Virus record (IMG/VR): IMGVR_UViG_3300035670_000271
Span: 1 to 54,492 of that record
From: a virus
Taxonomy: Duplodnaviria > Caudoviricetes
Direction: 5' to 3' (one strand)
DNA length: 54,492 nt
Shown here: in pieces, positions 18,949 through 28,188 of the stretch
How the letters are laid out: the number at the start of each line of letters is the position of its first letter
Numbering within the stretch: the stretch's first letter is position 1
The notes under the pieces: generated by a model
What the model saw: only the letters and a program-made list of their open reading frames with translations
What the model was told of the DNA's origin: nothing
Database searches by the model: none
Position numbers and translations under genes: made by a program

Positions 18949-19545
18949 TTATTTTCTCCTCACGGTAGTTATAATGTCCTGAACCTCTTGCCACGCGGCA
19001 TTGACAGCGTCAGAAATCTTTTGACACATCTCATGATTCCGCATAAGCCTCACGACGGCAAGCGGACAGTCCTGAACTCTATCATCAAACGAAATAAAAT
19101 CATTCCATTCACGCCCCATGACAAACATTTCTGACTGCATCTGTATTTGATACTCATCAGGGATGGTCAAAGAGACGCAAAACGCGATATGAGTTGATGA
19201 GTCAGGGCATTTAATTTGGCCTAACCCATCAGGGGAGATAAGACAGTCAGGTGACGCGCCAAAAAACGGCATATTGGAATGCGAATAAAATGTAATCCCA
19301 TCCCCTTCAACCCACTGCTCTGTCTGAAACGCATACTCAGCCCGTGCGGCAGGTTCCTTGTCAATTCCGCGTTGCATCGCTTTCGAGATATATCCCTCGT
19401 CATATATCCCCGTCAAAATCTCTGTCGCTACCTGATATATATATGTTTGTCGAGTTTTCCCCCGGCCTCCTGTCATGAGTTTTGCGACATTTGACGCGGA
19501 AATTTTGCCAAGTTTCGCCTGACGCCATTGTTCATATTTCGTCAT
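18949..19545 (-). CDS. YqaJ / lambda-type exonuclease
   Basis: W...KLGKISAS, MQRGIDKEP.AR, GASPD, IKCP, YQIQMQ. Confidence 0.9.
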   Translation of the reverse strand: MTKYEQWRQAKLGKISASNVAKLMTGGRGKTRQTYIYQVATEILTGIYDEGYISKAMQRGIDKEPAARAEYAFQTEQWVEGDGITFYSHSNMPFFGASPDCLISPDGLGQIKCPDSSTHIAFCVSLTIPDEYQIQMQSEMFVMGREWNDFISFDDRVQDCPLAVVRLMRNHEMCQKISDAVNAAWQEVQDIITTVRRK

Positions 19546-20192
19546 ACAGCGATCCCCCCTGGATTTTCAAGCTCTTCTTTTTTAATATCCTTCGCGACCT
19601 CAACAAGCATCCGTAATTCGTGCGAGAGTGCCTTTTCTTTTGCCATTTTAAAAAAATCAATATAGACTGTTTTTAACTCATCCATATCGGATGCCCGGTC
19701 AATCACTCTCTGCCACTGCGTCAGTATTTCCATTTCTGATTTGAGCAGTGCCGGAGTATCAGCACGTTTCCCCCAGTCTACGTTTGCGTCAGAATCTTTA
19801 TCGCCGACGATGCCCCAAAACGCGCATAAAGCTTGACGACGAATAAAAGACAACCCACCCCCGGCAGCTTGAGCGCCTGAAATGACCGCACGCCCGTCAC
19901 GAGTCGTAATAATCCCCATCATCGGGAACGTCGCCGTTCCTTCGATGAACTGCGCTGATGAATGGAGAACCATTGTTTCTAACGAGACAAGATCACCCTC
20001 CATCTTTCCAGGGGATTGGATACAACACAGTTCAAATCTGGGCAGAATTGCCTTGAGTTGATCTACGATTTTATCATGTTCAAGATACCGGTATTTCCCA
20101 TCAACTTCCCCGCTTTTAAACATGTTTTGCACGGTTGCCCATGCCTTGACATAAGCAGGCGCGATTTTTGACATATCATCACTTGTTCTCAT
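19542..20192 (-). CDS. ERF-family ssDNA annealing protein
   Basis: LETMVLHSSAQFI, AQAAGGGLSFIRRQAL.AFWGI...D.DA. Confidence 0.85.
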   Translation of the reverse strand: MRTSDDMSKIAPAYVKAWATVQNMFKSGEVDGKYRYLEHDKIVDQLKAILPRFELCCIQSPGKMEGDLVSLETMVLHSSAQFIEGTATFPMMGIITTRDGRAVISGAQAAGGGLSFIRRQALCAFWGIVGDKDSDANVDWGKRADTPALLKSEMEILTQWQRVIDRASDMDELKTVYIDFFKMAKEKALSHELRMLVEVAKDIKKEELENPGGIAV

Positions 20193-20569
20193 TTACTTCC
20201 CCCCGCAAGATAGGCCAAGACCATGTCAAGACTTGCCTGTTCGCAGTCTTCACACATGTCTTGACTTTCTTCTTTCACGTTCCAACAGCATCCTTCGTTT
20301 TCACATGTCAGACCGAGATTCTCAGCAGGGTTGACGTCATACCATGCCGTCCCGCTTCCGAACCCGCCGGAGATATGTTCTTCCCAGCGGACAAGCGCCT
20401 GCGCGCCTGATTCAAAAAAGTCTTCTTCCAAAATTGCGACGAACCCACCGCCATGTACATGTAACCCACGCTTTGCCTCCTGAAATGCCTTTATCGCCTC
20501 ATGGAGTGTTTTGTATTGTTCATCCTGCGCCGCGTTGCTGCTCTGCGTTTTCCATACAAGTTTATACAT
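20189..20569 (-). CDS. Hypothetical acidic protein
   Basis: 126-aa ORF with RBS AAGGAG. Confidence 0.6.
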   Translation of the reverse strand: MYKLVWKTQSSNAAQDEQYKTLHEAIKAFQEAKRGLHVHGGGFVAILEEDFFESGAQALVRWEEHISGGFGSGTAWYDVNPAENLGLTCENEGCCWNVKEESQDMCEDCEQASLDMVLAYLAGGSK

Positions 20570-20679
20570 GCCATTTTCTCCTTGTGAATAGTATTGATTT
20601 TTATGTTTTTCGTCACACGCGAGAAAGTCAGATGCGACTCATTGGCATTGCGCTGACCGGCTTTTCGTCATGTAAGAAT

Positions 20680-20722
20680 ACAATAAAACATCCGTATTCA
20701 AAAGTCAAGAAAAAAGTGACTT
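20680..20722 (-). promoter_or_regulatory. Promoter and operator of the recombination operon
   Basis: TTGACT-17-TATTGT; AAGTCA-agaaaaaag-TGACTT, identical to the 12879 site. Confidence 0.65.
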
Positions 20723-20766
20723 GAAAAATGAAATAATGCAATTCTTTAACAAAGTCACTTATGGAA

Positions 20767-20991
20767 CTACGTCTTGAATTGGATAATGATGCTGTTTATG
20801 GCATACTCAACGCCATAATCCAACTCAACGGATTCCGCGATTTTCACGGCACAGCGTACCAGGTACGCATGTGTCGTGTCAGTCTCGCCGATAAGCCTGA
20901 CGCGAAAGTCTCTGGCAATACTAATTTCTTTAATCTTCACGTGTCGCGCCGCGACATTAATCACGGCGTTCGCAAACTCATAGAACTGCAT
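20767..20991 (-). CDS. Hypothetical protein
   Basis: RBS GAGGGAGG before ATG 20991. Confidence 0.5.
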   Translation of the reverse strand: MQFYEFANAVINVAARHVKIKEISIARDFRVRLIGETDTTHAYLVRCAVKIAESVELDYGVEYAINSIIIQFKT

Positions 20992-20993
20992 AC

Positions 20994-21593
20994 CTATTCC
21001 TCCCTCATTGCCAGAACGACGCGGACAAACCGCTGGAAATCGCGGCTGCCGCGCAATCGTTCGACAAGCTCTTGTTTCACGTTTGCCACAAACCACTCCC
21101 AGTCATTCCGATTGTCAGACATCCAATCCCGCGATGCCTCCGTCGGCGCTTCTGTCATTCGAACCAAAATTGAATCGCTCACGTCGTCATCCGTCTTGAC
21201 GATTTTTTGGATGCCTGCCAAATTCAGCGAGAGTTTTACAGACGCTGCTCGATCTTTCATGGCGTCCGGCCATGAGGCCGTCAGATGCCACGCCGGAAGA
21301 TCGCAGACGTCCGGCGCGAACAGCGTATCAAACACGGCTGGAATGCCGTGTTCAGCGATGTCACACAACATCACGAACATGCTTTCCAGTTCTGCCATGT
21401 CCGTTTCTTCTGTTCGACGCGCCAGTTCCTTCATCAGAAGAAACTGAGCGCCAAGCCCCTTAATCGTGCCATATTCACTCTTTGCGACCACGCTGGGACT
21501 TGAGACTCGGAAAAATGCCGCAGCCTGAAATTCTGGGGAGGCGGGATTCAACCGCCTCCATACGTGCAACGGTGAGAACTTAATCTCTTTCAT
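20994..21593 (-). CDS. Hypothetical protein
   Basis: RBS AAGGAGG before ATG 21593. Confidence 0.6.
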   Translation of the reverse strand: MKEIKFSPLHVWRRLNPASPEFQAAAFFRVSSPSVVAKSEYGTIKGLGAQFLLMKELARRTEETDMAELESMFVMLCDIAEHGIPAVFDTLFAPDVCDLPAWHLTASWPDAMKDRAASVKLSLNLAGIQKIVKTDDDVSDSILVRMTEAPTEASRDWMSDNRNDWEWFVANVKQELVERLRGSRDFQRFVRVVLAMREE

Positions 21594-22030
21594 GATATTC
21601 CTCCTTGCGCGATCAGCGCCTTGTATTGGATATGCAGTTGCCCGAACTTCTGAATCGGCTTTGCGCATTTCGGAGAATACGCAAATTTCGGGATATAAAA
21701 AAACCATCGAATTGACAACTCGTCGGCGAATTTTTGCAACTTCTTTTTGAATACCTCTCGGATGTCTGCCAGCGCCGCATTACTCTCATGCTCAAAAGCA
21801 CAGGAAACGCACCATCGCGTCGCGATCCGGCTGAAATCATCACCAGGGACGCATTGGAAATCACGGTCAAAGGATGCCGCGCCTTTGCGAATGACCTTTC
21901 CGCAGCATGAACAAATATATTCATCTCGCCCTGATAACACGATATGCAGCCCACACCACGCCCCGTCCCGCGTTTCGGAGGCGCTCAACATGAGCGCCCC
22001 ATTTTTGTGAATTACATTGACTAATTGCAT
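21590..22030 (-). CDS. Hypothetical Zn-binding protein
   Basis: CSCC...CVSC. Confidence 0.55.
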   Translation of the reverse strand: MQLVNVIHKNGALMLSASETRDGAWCGLHIVLSGRDEYICSCCGKVIRKGAASFDRDFQCVPGDDFSRIATRWCVSCAFEHESNAALADIREVFKKKLQKFADELSIRWFFYIPKFAYSPKCAKPIQKFGQLHIQYKALIAQGGIS

Positions 22031-22533
22031 GAGATCACCTCCGCGTGTAACAAAATGTGTGTAAGCGCCTGAGCAAAGCTCACAGCGTGGTTATTCAGCA
22101 TTTCATAATGCGCCCATGACGCCGCCAGCTTTTTTCTGGCGTCGTCGATTGTTGGGGCAAACAGCGTATGACGCCGCCCGTCAATCTGTGCCTGCCATTT
22201 TTTCGCAACCGGAATAACCTGCGTCGGGCGGCCGATAATAATAGCATACTCACACGGAGCGCAATTCCGTTGTTCTGTCTGCATTTCCGGCGTGACGCGG
22301 CGGATGCGCGCCATGTCAGCTAATCCCGATTCACGTTCCATACGTCCCGCAAATTCATCCATAATTTCCGCCACTTCATTTTTTGAGGCGTTGAGGATGT
22401 TCATCCGTAGGCACATCCAAGCGCCGTTTTCGGATTCTGTCGATACCCCCATTGACAAGTCAACATGGGGGTATTCTTCTTGTAATTTCTCAGAAATCTT
22501 CTGTGCAATTTGTTCCATCGTGTAAGCGTTCAT
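22021..22533 (-). CDS. Hypothetical early protein
   Basis: Strong RBS; upstream promoter TTGACA-17-TATCTT at about 22669-22697. Confidence 0.6.
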   Translation of the reverse strand: MNAYTMEQIAQKISEKLQEEYPHVDLSMGVSTESENGAWMCLRMNILNASKNEVAEIMDEFAGRMERESGLADMARIRRVTPEMQTEQRNCAPCEYAIIIGRPTQVIPVAKKWQAQIDGRRHTLFAPTIDDARKKLAASWAHYEMLNNHAVSFAQALTHILLHAEVISCN

Positions 22534-22881
22534 GTTCTTCTCTCCTTGTTACTAAATTGTTTTAAAAGTGTACGTCAAGGTCGTCTTCATCAATTCTCGC
22601 TAAATGGCGAGAATTTATTTGCATCAACGTTAAGTTGTTTTTGATTCCGTTTCTTAGCTTGTGAGTATAAGATAATTCTACCAATGAGATTTGTCAAGGA
22701 CTATTTTAAGAATATTATAAAATTCTTCAAATAGTTTCAAGATAGAATAAATAACGTCTTAATTTATAAGCATTTATCGCAAAAAATCGGTTGATATTAT
22801 GTGCGAATGTTTATAAACGAAAGACAAAAAGTATACTTTTTGTCTTGTATTTTTAGAAAAAAGTTGTTATTTTTAACCCAT

Positions 22882-22920
22882 GTCGAACAAAAAGTCAACA
22901 ATTTGTCAACAATTTGTCAC
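22882..22920 (+). repeat. Direct repeats upstream of ParM (parC centromere / operator candidate)
   Basis: gtcaacaattt twice in tandem, with partial copies on both sides. Confidence 0.5.
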
Positions 22921-22935
22921 GAGAGAGGTGAACAC

Positions 22936-24033
22936 ATGAAAACAGACAGTCAGAATATTTGGGTCAACATAGACCCAGGGACATCAACGATTAAAGTCTC
23001 GGCCACGCATAATCCGTCCGACCCGTCAACATATTATCGCTTTTCGTTTCTCAACATGGGACTGAGATGCGGGCAGGATGCCATGCTCGGCTCAGAAGAG
23101 TCGTGTATTCTGTCGCCATTCCAGGGTATTGTCGGCGAGCATGTTGCGCCGCTTGACCCAGAAAACCAGATCGTCCTTGACAACGATTGGACAGACGAGC
23201 GGTTGATGTTGCAACTCTTCTGGGCTATCAACCACGCTTGCGACACGTTCTCGCTCGGAAACGCTGTCAACGTTCATCTCGCGATTGCGCTCCCGGCAGC
23301 CAACATCAGCGCAGGGAAGCAACTCAAGAAATATTTGGAGACGCATGTCTGGCCGGGAAAGAATGCCAGCGATAAATCAGTCTTGCGTGAGCTAACAATT
23401 GACGTTACAGTCCGTGAGCAATCCGCGTATGTGCTCACAAGTCAGATTTATGCAATACATGGCAAGGGGAACCACGTAGTGCTGAGTGACGAACGGGGGC
23501 GGCAACTGCTCAAAAATGCGCCGGTCATGGTGTTACAATTCGGGTCAAAAACTATCGAGATCGCCATTATGACGACGCCGACAGACGTCAAGATGGAGTC
23601 AATATTTCTTGGGACGTTTAACCTCGTGGAACGTCTGAAAACTGAGGCGTACCGACTGACTGGAAAAAATTTCACACGCGTCGACTTGATCAAGTGGACT
23701 ATCGACGGAACACTGTCATATACCTCGTATGAGGATGGCCGAGTGACCGTTGATGCCAGTACAGAAGTCACGGACATTCTGTGCGGGCTGTTGCAAGAGC
23801 GGGCATTTACGCAAGGGATGCGACGCCTCATCAACAAGTATCAACCGAAAACCTGTCTTCTGTCTGGCGGCACAGCATTACGAGTGGGGGAAACATTTCA
23901 GTCCATGTATTCACATCTGTTCGAAAATTGTGAACCGGTCACGGATGATAAAGGCAATCATGACGTGCTCCTTTCCCTCCTGAGCGGGATGGAAAAAGAC
24001 ATGCTCAAAAAAGCCGGGAGGGTAGCCGAATGA
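22936..24033 (+). CDS. ParM/StbA-type actin-like partition ATPase
   Basis: IDPGTSTIKV phosphate-1, EQS, QFGSKTIEI phosphate-2 and LLSGGTA adenosine motifs. Confidence 0.8.
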   Translation: MKTDSQNIWVNIDPGTSTIKVSATHNPSDPSTYYRFSFLNMGLRCGQDAMLGSEESCILSPFQGIVGEHVAPLDPENQIVLDNDWTDERLMLQLFWAINHACDTFSLGNAVNVHLAIALPAANISAGKQLKKYLETHVWPGKNASDKSVLRELTIDVTVREQSAYVLTSQIYAIHGKGNHVVLSDERGRQLLKNAPVMVLQFGSKTIEIAIMTTPTDVKMESIFLGTFNLVERLKTEAYRLTGKNFTRVDLIKWTIDGTLSYTSYEDGRVTVDASTEVTDILCGLLQERAFTQGMRRLINKYQPKTCLLSGGTALRVGETFQSMYSHLFENCEPVTDDKGNHDVLLSLLSGMEKDMLKKAGRVAE

Positions 24034-24284
24034 AAAATGCGCGGCGTGAAAAATTTCTTGTCTACGTCCAGCCTGGGCACTTAGAACGATGGGAAGAATT
24101 AGTGAAGCGATGCGGGGGGTTTTCCCCCGCCATGAATCATCTGTTGACACTTTACGAGATGATCCATTATTCACAAATTCCAGTCTATAAAGTCAACGAG
24201 CCGCAAACAGGGCAAACCGAAAGCGGGAATGAGGCGGCTGACATGGCAGTCAAGGTGGAAGAAACCGTTGAATGGAGGTTTTGA
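24030..24284 (+). CDS. ParR-like adaptor (putative centromere-binding protein)
   Basis: Small ORF coupled (ATGA) to ParM; basic N-terminus and acidic tail. Confidence 0.55.
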   Translation: MKNARREKFLVYVQPGHLERWEELVKRCGGFSPAMNHLLTLYEMIHYSQIPVYKVNEPQTGQTESGNEAADMAVKVEETVEWRF

Positions 24285-24285
24285 G

Positions 24286-25638
24286 ATGCAAAAAAATAAA
24301 AATATCGTCGTCTATGCGTTTTTAGCGGTCGCGATAACCATGATCGCCGCCTCGCTCTATCAAAAAGGTGAAATGTGGGTCAAACGGCAAGCCTTCGGCG
24401 ATGTCTTTGACGCGCAATTGGTCAGGGTGTCGGAAAAGGAGGCTGAACTCCGTGTCGCACAACTCGACATGGAGTTGGAGCGCATTGCATATAAGCGATC
24501 TCGGATAGGTGAGACGTCCGCCAAAATCCACAGTATCATTCTTATCCTGATTTGTGGCGGGTTTTTGGTCACGGGGTTGTATGCGACACCGATTTCGTTA
24601 GCTCACCTGCGGGCGAATTCTGTCATTGAACAGCATATCGGGTCATCTGTGTTGCGTATCCACTTCCAGACGGTCAAGAGTCCTGACTTTGCGCAGTTCA
24701 TGGGATTAGTCGCGCATATTGAAGGTGTGAGAGCGCAGAATCCTGAGAAGGCGCTTGAGATGTCATTGCAACTCACAAAAGCGATTACGGGCAGACTTGC
24801 CGCGTTGCCACATCCAGTCCAGTCAAGCTCATCTGCTGCGATGCCACAATTGACGCCCGTGCCGACGTTCCGCCAACTCTATGATGCCGGAAAAGTCGCG
24901 CCTGGTCAACCCCTCTGCATGGGTTTTTGTCAAGGGGAGCCGCAAAATAGAAGCATCAATGAAATCAGAAGCATGGCCGTCGCAGGAGCACAGGGCAGCG
25001 GAAAAACCCTGTCGATTGCGTACCTGATTACAAGCCTGTTGTCAATCGAAAAAGACTCGCAAGGTTTTGTGATCGATCCTCATCACAAGCATCATGAAGG
25101 GCTATGGTCGTACATCTCTCCATTGGAGCAGACTGGAAGGTTGACGCGGGTAGGAGAATTTGAATGCCGGGAGCGGATGGAATGGCTACAAGATCGGCTT
25201 GACGCTCGTCTTAATGACCAAGAGCCATCAACGTCTCTCATCTTTTTTGTTATTGACGAACTTCCCGCAATCGGCAAGATTGACATTTTTCAGCAATCAA
25301 TCTTACCCGTGCTTTCGCGTTGTGTCTCTGAAAGCCGAAAGGCAAGAATTCTCTTCATCGGCGCTGGGACACGCTGGCAGGCGTCTAATTTTGGCGGAGA
25401 CGCTTCAATTCGTCAGACTCTATCATCCCTATGGGTTCACAAGACTAAGCCGTCTCAAGCCGAATTTTTGCTTGAGGATTCGCAAGATCGGAAACTCGTT
25501 AAAGCATTGAAGTCGCCGGGGCAGGCACTCTTGGCAACCGCAAACAGTAGTGACCCAAGCATCGTGACAGTGCCGCTCATTACTAAAAGCGATATTCTCA
25601 CGGTAGCTCAGGCGTTACAACCAAAAGAGGGGTCATGA
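24286..25638 (+). CDS. FtsK/SpoIIIE/TraB-like membrane DNA translocase ATPase
   Basis: Two hydrophobic segments, GAQGSGKT Walker A, VIDP, FFVIDELP Walker B, ESRK. Confidence 0.8.
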   Translation: MQKNKNIVVYAFLAVAITMIAASLYQKGEMWVKRQAFGDVFDAQLVRVSEKEAELRVAQLDMELERIAYKRSRIGETSAKIHSIILILICGGFLVTGLYATPISLAHLRANSVIEQHIGSSVLRIHFQTVKSPDFAQFMGLVAHIEGVRAQNPEKALEMSLQLTKAITGRLAALPHPVQSSSSAAMPQLTPVPTFRQLYDAGKVAPGQPLCMGFCQGEPQNRSINEIRSMAVAGAQGSGKTLSIAYLITSLLSIEKDSQGFVIDPHHKHHEGLWSYISPLEQTGRLTRVGEFECRERMEWLQDRLDARLNDQEPSTSLIFFVIDELPAIGKIDIFQQSILPVLSRCVSESRKARILFIGAGTRWQASNFGGDASIRQTLSSLWVHKTKPSQAEFLLEDSQDRKLVKALKSPGQALLATANSSDPSIVTVPLITKSDILTVAQALQPKEGS

Positions 25639-25663
25639 TTCTTCCTCCCGCGTCTCACTCGAC

Positions 25664-25719
25664 GCATAACGACAGCTTCAGCGGCGAAGAGGGGTGAGCC
25701 ACTCAAGCTGTCGTTAATG
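25664..25719 (-). repeat. attC site (short, terminal)
   Basis: TAACGACAGCTT...AAGCTGTCGTTA stem directly after the last cassette ORF. Confidence 0.7.
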
Positions 25720-25720
25720 A

Positions 25721-25936
25721 TTATTCTTCCCCGCGCCCCTCTGCTATCGTATTATGTTGTCGAATCATTGCCTGTGCATATATTACCGCATGGGTATAAT
25801 CATTTCTTAACGCAATTGATATGCCTCCTAATGGTTGCCATCCTTCACGTATCTTTTGTTTTACATTTTGTTGTAATATTCTGGAAGAGTTCCATTCCTC
25901 AATATGATAATCAACAATATTCATCGTAATTTGCAC
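25721..25936 (-). CDS. Cassette gene: DUF1737-like protein
   Basis: L...V...I.EGWQPLGGISI...YAQAM. Confidence 0.7.
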   Translation of the reverse strand: MQITMNIVDYHIEEWNSSRILQQNVKQKIREGWQPLGGISIALRNDYTHAVIYAQAMIRQHNTIAEGRGEE

Positions 25937-25950
25937 CTATTATTAAATAT

Positions 25951-26032
25951 GCCTAACAAGCCGCATGAGCGGCGAAAACCGCCTGGACGCTGTTCATCTT
26001 GGTTAATAGTTCCCGGCGGTTTTCGTCCGCTC
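25951..26032 (-). repeat. Truncated attC (family A)
   Basis: GCCTAAC..gcatgagcggcgaaaaccgcc...ggcggttttcgtccgctc; right core missing. Confidence 0.75.
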
Positions 26033-26080
26033 TAAGGGAACTTGGTTCACCATATTCTATCACTTAAACTGTGAACGGAG

Positions 26081-26149
26081 GCATAACGCGCTGAGGCCGC
26101 GCCATGCCTCCGTTCACACAATGATTAGTCTTCGCGCCCCGTGTTAGCA
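26081..26149 (-). repeat. Damaged attC (family C)
   Basis: Matches the 31785 site internally; both arms partly lost; GTTAGCA core at 26143. Confidence 0.7.
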
Positions 26150-26397
26150 ATTTCAGCGCCAACCTGAAATGCCATATCACACGCCTCATCAGAAACATAA
26201 TCCAACTCAGAAAAACCGCTCAACGAATATCCTATAAGTTGCGCAAATTGTTCTCTGTCCTCTCGACAAAAAGGCATTCGCGCTATTTGATTCAAATCAA
26301 AAGGGCCGTCATTAAGCAAAAAACGTACAATTCTATTTTCAACAAATCTTAGAATTCCTTTCTCGTCGATTTCTATTGATTGTAAAGGGTGTCTCAT
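26125..26397 (-). CDS. Cassette gene: phage-type hypothetical protein
   Basis: RF.EN.IV..LL...DLN.IA...F..ED.EQFAQLIGYSLSGF.EL.YVSDE. Confidence 0.7.
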   Translation of the reverse strand: MRHPLQSIEIDEKGILRFVENRIVRFLLNDGPFDLNQIARMPFCREDREQFAQLIGYSLSGFSELDYVSDEACDMAFQVGAEIANTGRED

Positions 26398-26529
26398 TCT
26401 GTTCCTCCGTAATTAGAACTTTATCCCAATTCGCTCAGGCGTGTCTTGATACGCATTATTAAGAGCATTCTGGAAACTACCTCTTCCGATATTGACTTCG
26501 TATCCTTCTGATTGTCTCCTTTAAAATAT

Positions 26530-26627
26530 TGCTAACAACGTGCATGAGCGGCGAAAACCGCCTGTGTGCTGTTCATTATTGTGAATCTCGCCCGGCGGTT
26601 TTCGTCCGATCCATGCGATTGTTAGAA
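26530..26627 (-). repeat. attC site (family A)
   Basis: TGCTAAC...GTTAGAA imperfect palindrome with bulged bases. Confidence 0.9.
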
Positions 26628-27445
26628 CGCTCATCTCCCATACTAAAAAGATTCTGCTGCCGCGTGTCCTTCTCGATACGCTGACACGCTTTCTCAAAGA
26701 TTTCCGAGTCTTTCTCCATGCCGATCCATCGTCTGCCGGTTCTAAACGCGGCAACGGCTGTTGTCCCTGAGCCGATCACGTTGTCAAGCACCGTGTCGCC
26801 TTCATTCGTATAGGTTCTGATGAGATATTCAAACAGCGCAACCGGCTTCTGTGTTGAATGTATTGTTAACCCTGATTTTGTTGAGTTGAAAAAATCAGAC
26901 TCAGTTTTTACAGAAAATACTGAACGAGGGAGCCTTGATCCGTCTTTACTTCCTGACTCCTTTATTGGTGAAAATTCCCCATAGTTTCCATTCCGCTTTT
27001 GACGATATTTCTCATTCTTAAAGCTTGGTGTAGTCAACATGAATTTCTGTGGATGATACACGGGTAAACTCTTATAAAACACAAGGATATTTTCATGCCC
27101 TCGCAACGGCATCCTGTTTGAATTCAAAAATCCTGTCGCAATCGACTTCTCCCATACTAAATCGTACCGAAACAGCTTATGATTCGACACGACAAGAAAG
27201 CTGGTGAACGGTTCAGCCGCAGTCAATACAATCGCACCATTCTGTTTGATGATGCGCTCGTACTGTTCCCATAGTGGAGCAAACGGAATAACGACATCCC
27301 ACTTATTTTGAGTCGTGCCATACGGTAAGTCAGCAAGAATCATGTCGATGGAACTGTCAGGAATATCTTGCATTAATTCCAAACAGTCTCCTTCGTAAAT
27401 GATACCATGCTCAAAGTCTTGCTCTCTCACTGGCTGAGTCTCCAT
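26576..27445 (-). CDS. Cassette gene: N6A/N4C DNA methyltransferase (beta class)
   Basis: DLPYG, HSTQKPVAL, LDNVIGSGTT. Confidence 0.92.
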   Translation of the reverse strand: METQPVREQDFEHGIIYEGDCLELMQDIPDSSIDMILADLPYGTTQNKWDVVIPFAPLWEQYERIIKQNGAIVLTAAEPFTSFLVVSNHKLFRYDLVWEKSIATGFLNSNRMPLRGHENILVFYKSLPVYHPQKFMLTTPSFKNEKYRQKRNGNYGEFSPIKESGSKDGSRLPRSVFSVKTESDFFNSTKSGLTIHSTQKPVALFEYLIRTYTNEGDTVLDNVIGSGTTAVAAFRTGRRWIGMEKDSEIFEKACQRIEKDTRQQNLFSMGDERSNNRMDRTKTAGRDSQ

Positions 27446-27450
27446 TTGCG

Positions 27451-27549
27451 TTCTAACAACGCGCATGAGCGGCGAAAACCGCCCTGTGCACTGTTCATCT
27501 TGGTTAATAGTCCCCGGCGGTTTTCGTCCGATCCATGCGATTGTTAGCC
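27451..27549 (-). repeat. attC site (family A)
   Basis: TTCTAAC...GTTAGCC. Confidence 0.9.
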
Positions 27550-27753
27550 TTTTTCCATTATCTTGTCGATCAAAAACTTTACATCATTTTCATGGACATA
27601 CGAATCATCACGACACATGCTCCATGCGTAATCTTTCAACCCTAATTCCTCAACAGTGGGAATATCCCGTAAAACAAAAGCGGCTGTCGCTGGATCGTCC
27701 CGTGTCAGAAACTCTTGCGCCGTCGCAATAGCTTTTTTAGTATGCTCTGTCAT
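27544..27753 (-). CDS. Cassette gene: hypothetical protein
   Basis: RBS AAGGA; stop TAA lies inside the inverse core. Confidence 0.7.
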   Translation of the reverse strand: MTEHTKKAIATAQEFLTRDDPATAAFVLRDIPTVEELGLKDYAWSMCRDDSYVHENDVKFLIDKIMEKG

Positions 27754-27770
27754 TTCCTTCACCTTTAAGT

Positions 27771-27881
27771 GGCTAACGCTTGTTTTGCACCTGACCCAAA
27801 AGGGCGGGCGCAACACGCTTGAAAGTAAACCACTAATTTTTATGCCCGCCCTTTTGGGTCAGGTGCAAAACATTGTTCGCA
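27771..27881 (-). repeat. attC site
   Basis: GGCTAAC...GTTCGCA around a long stem tgttttgcacctgacccaaaagggcgggc. Confidence 0.85.
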
Positions 27882-28021
27882 GGCGTTTTGTGTATTCAAC
27901 ACGACTGCCGTGTTTTTGGTACTTCTGACACCCGCTAAGATGTCAGGTTGCCATCTCGGTTCGGTACGTTGACCGGTGCGTTACCTCACGAAAGCTCTAC
28001 ATGAGAGCAACACTTCACGCC

Positions 28022-28040
28022 TGCGAACGCATTGTTATGC
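28022..28040 (-). repeat. Collapsed attC (cores only)
   Basis: TGCGAAC-gcatt-GTTATGC; each core complements the far end of its neighbouring cassette. Confidence 0.6.
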
Positions 28041-28086
28041 AACTTGTTTATATTGTTAGACATACGAACACTATCCACAGGAGAAA

Positions 28087-28188
28087 GCATAACGACTGCG
28101 ATAACGCGCTGAAGACGCGCCTGCACAGACGCTCGTTCAATGTTAATCTTGCTGCGCGGCTTCAGTCGCGTTCATTGCTTTGTTAGCA
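28087..28188 (-). repeat. attC site (family C)
   Basis: GCATAAC...GTTAGCA. Confidence 0.88.

Noticed and set aside
20761-21447. 228-aa plus-strand ORF and similar long antisense ORFs (2275-2799, 4330-4965)
   Set aside because: They shadow RBS-supported minus-strand genes and have an atypical composition
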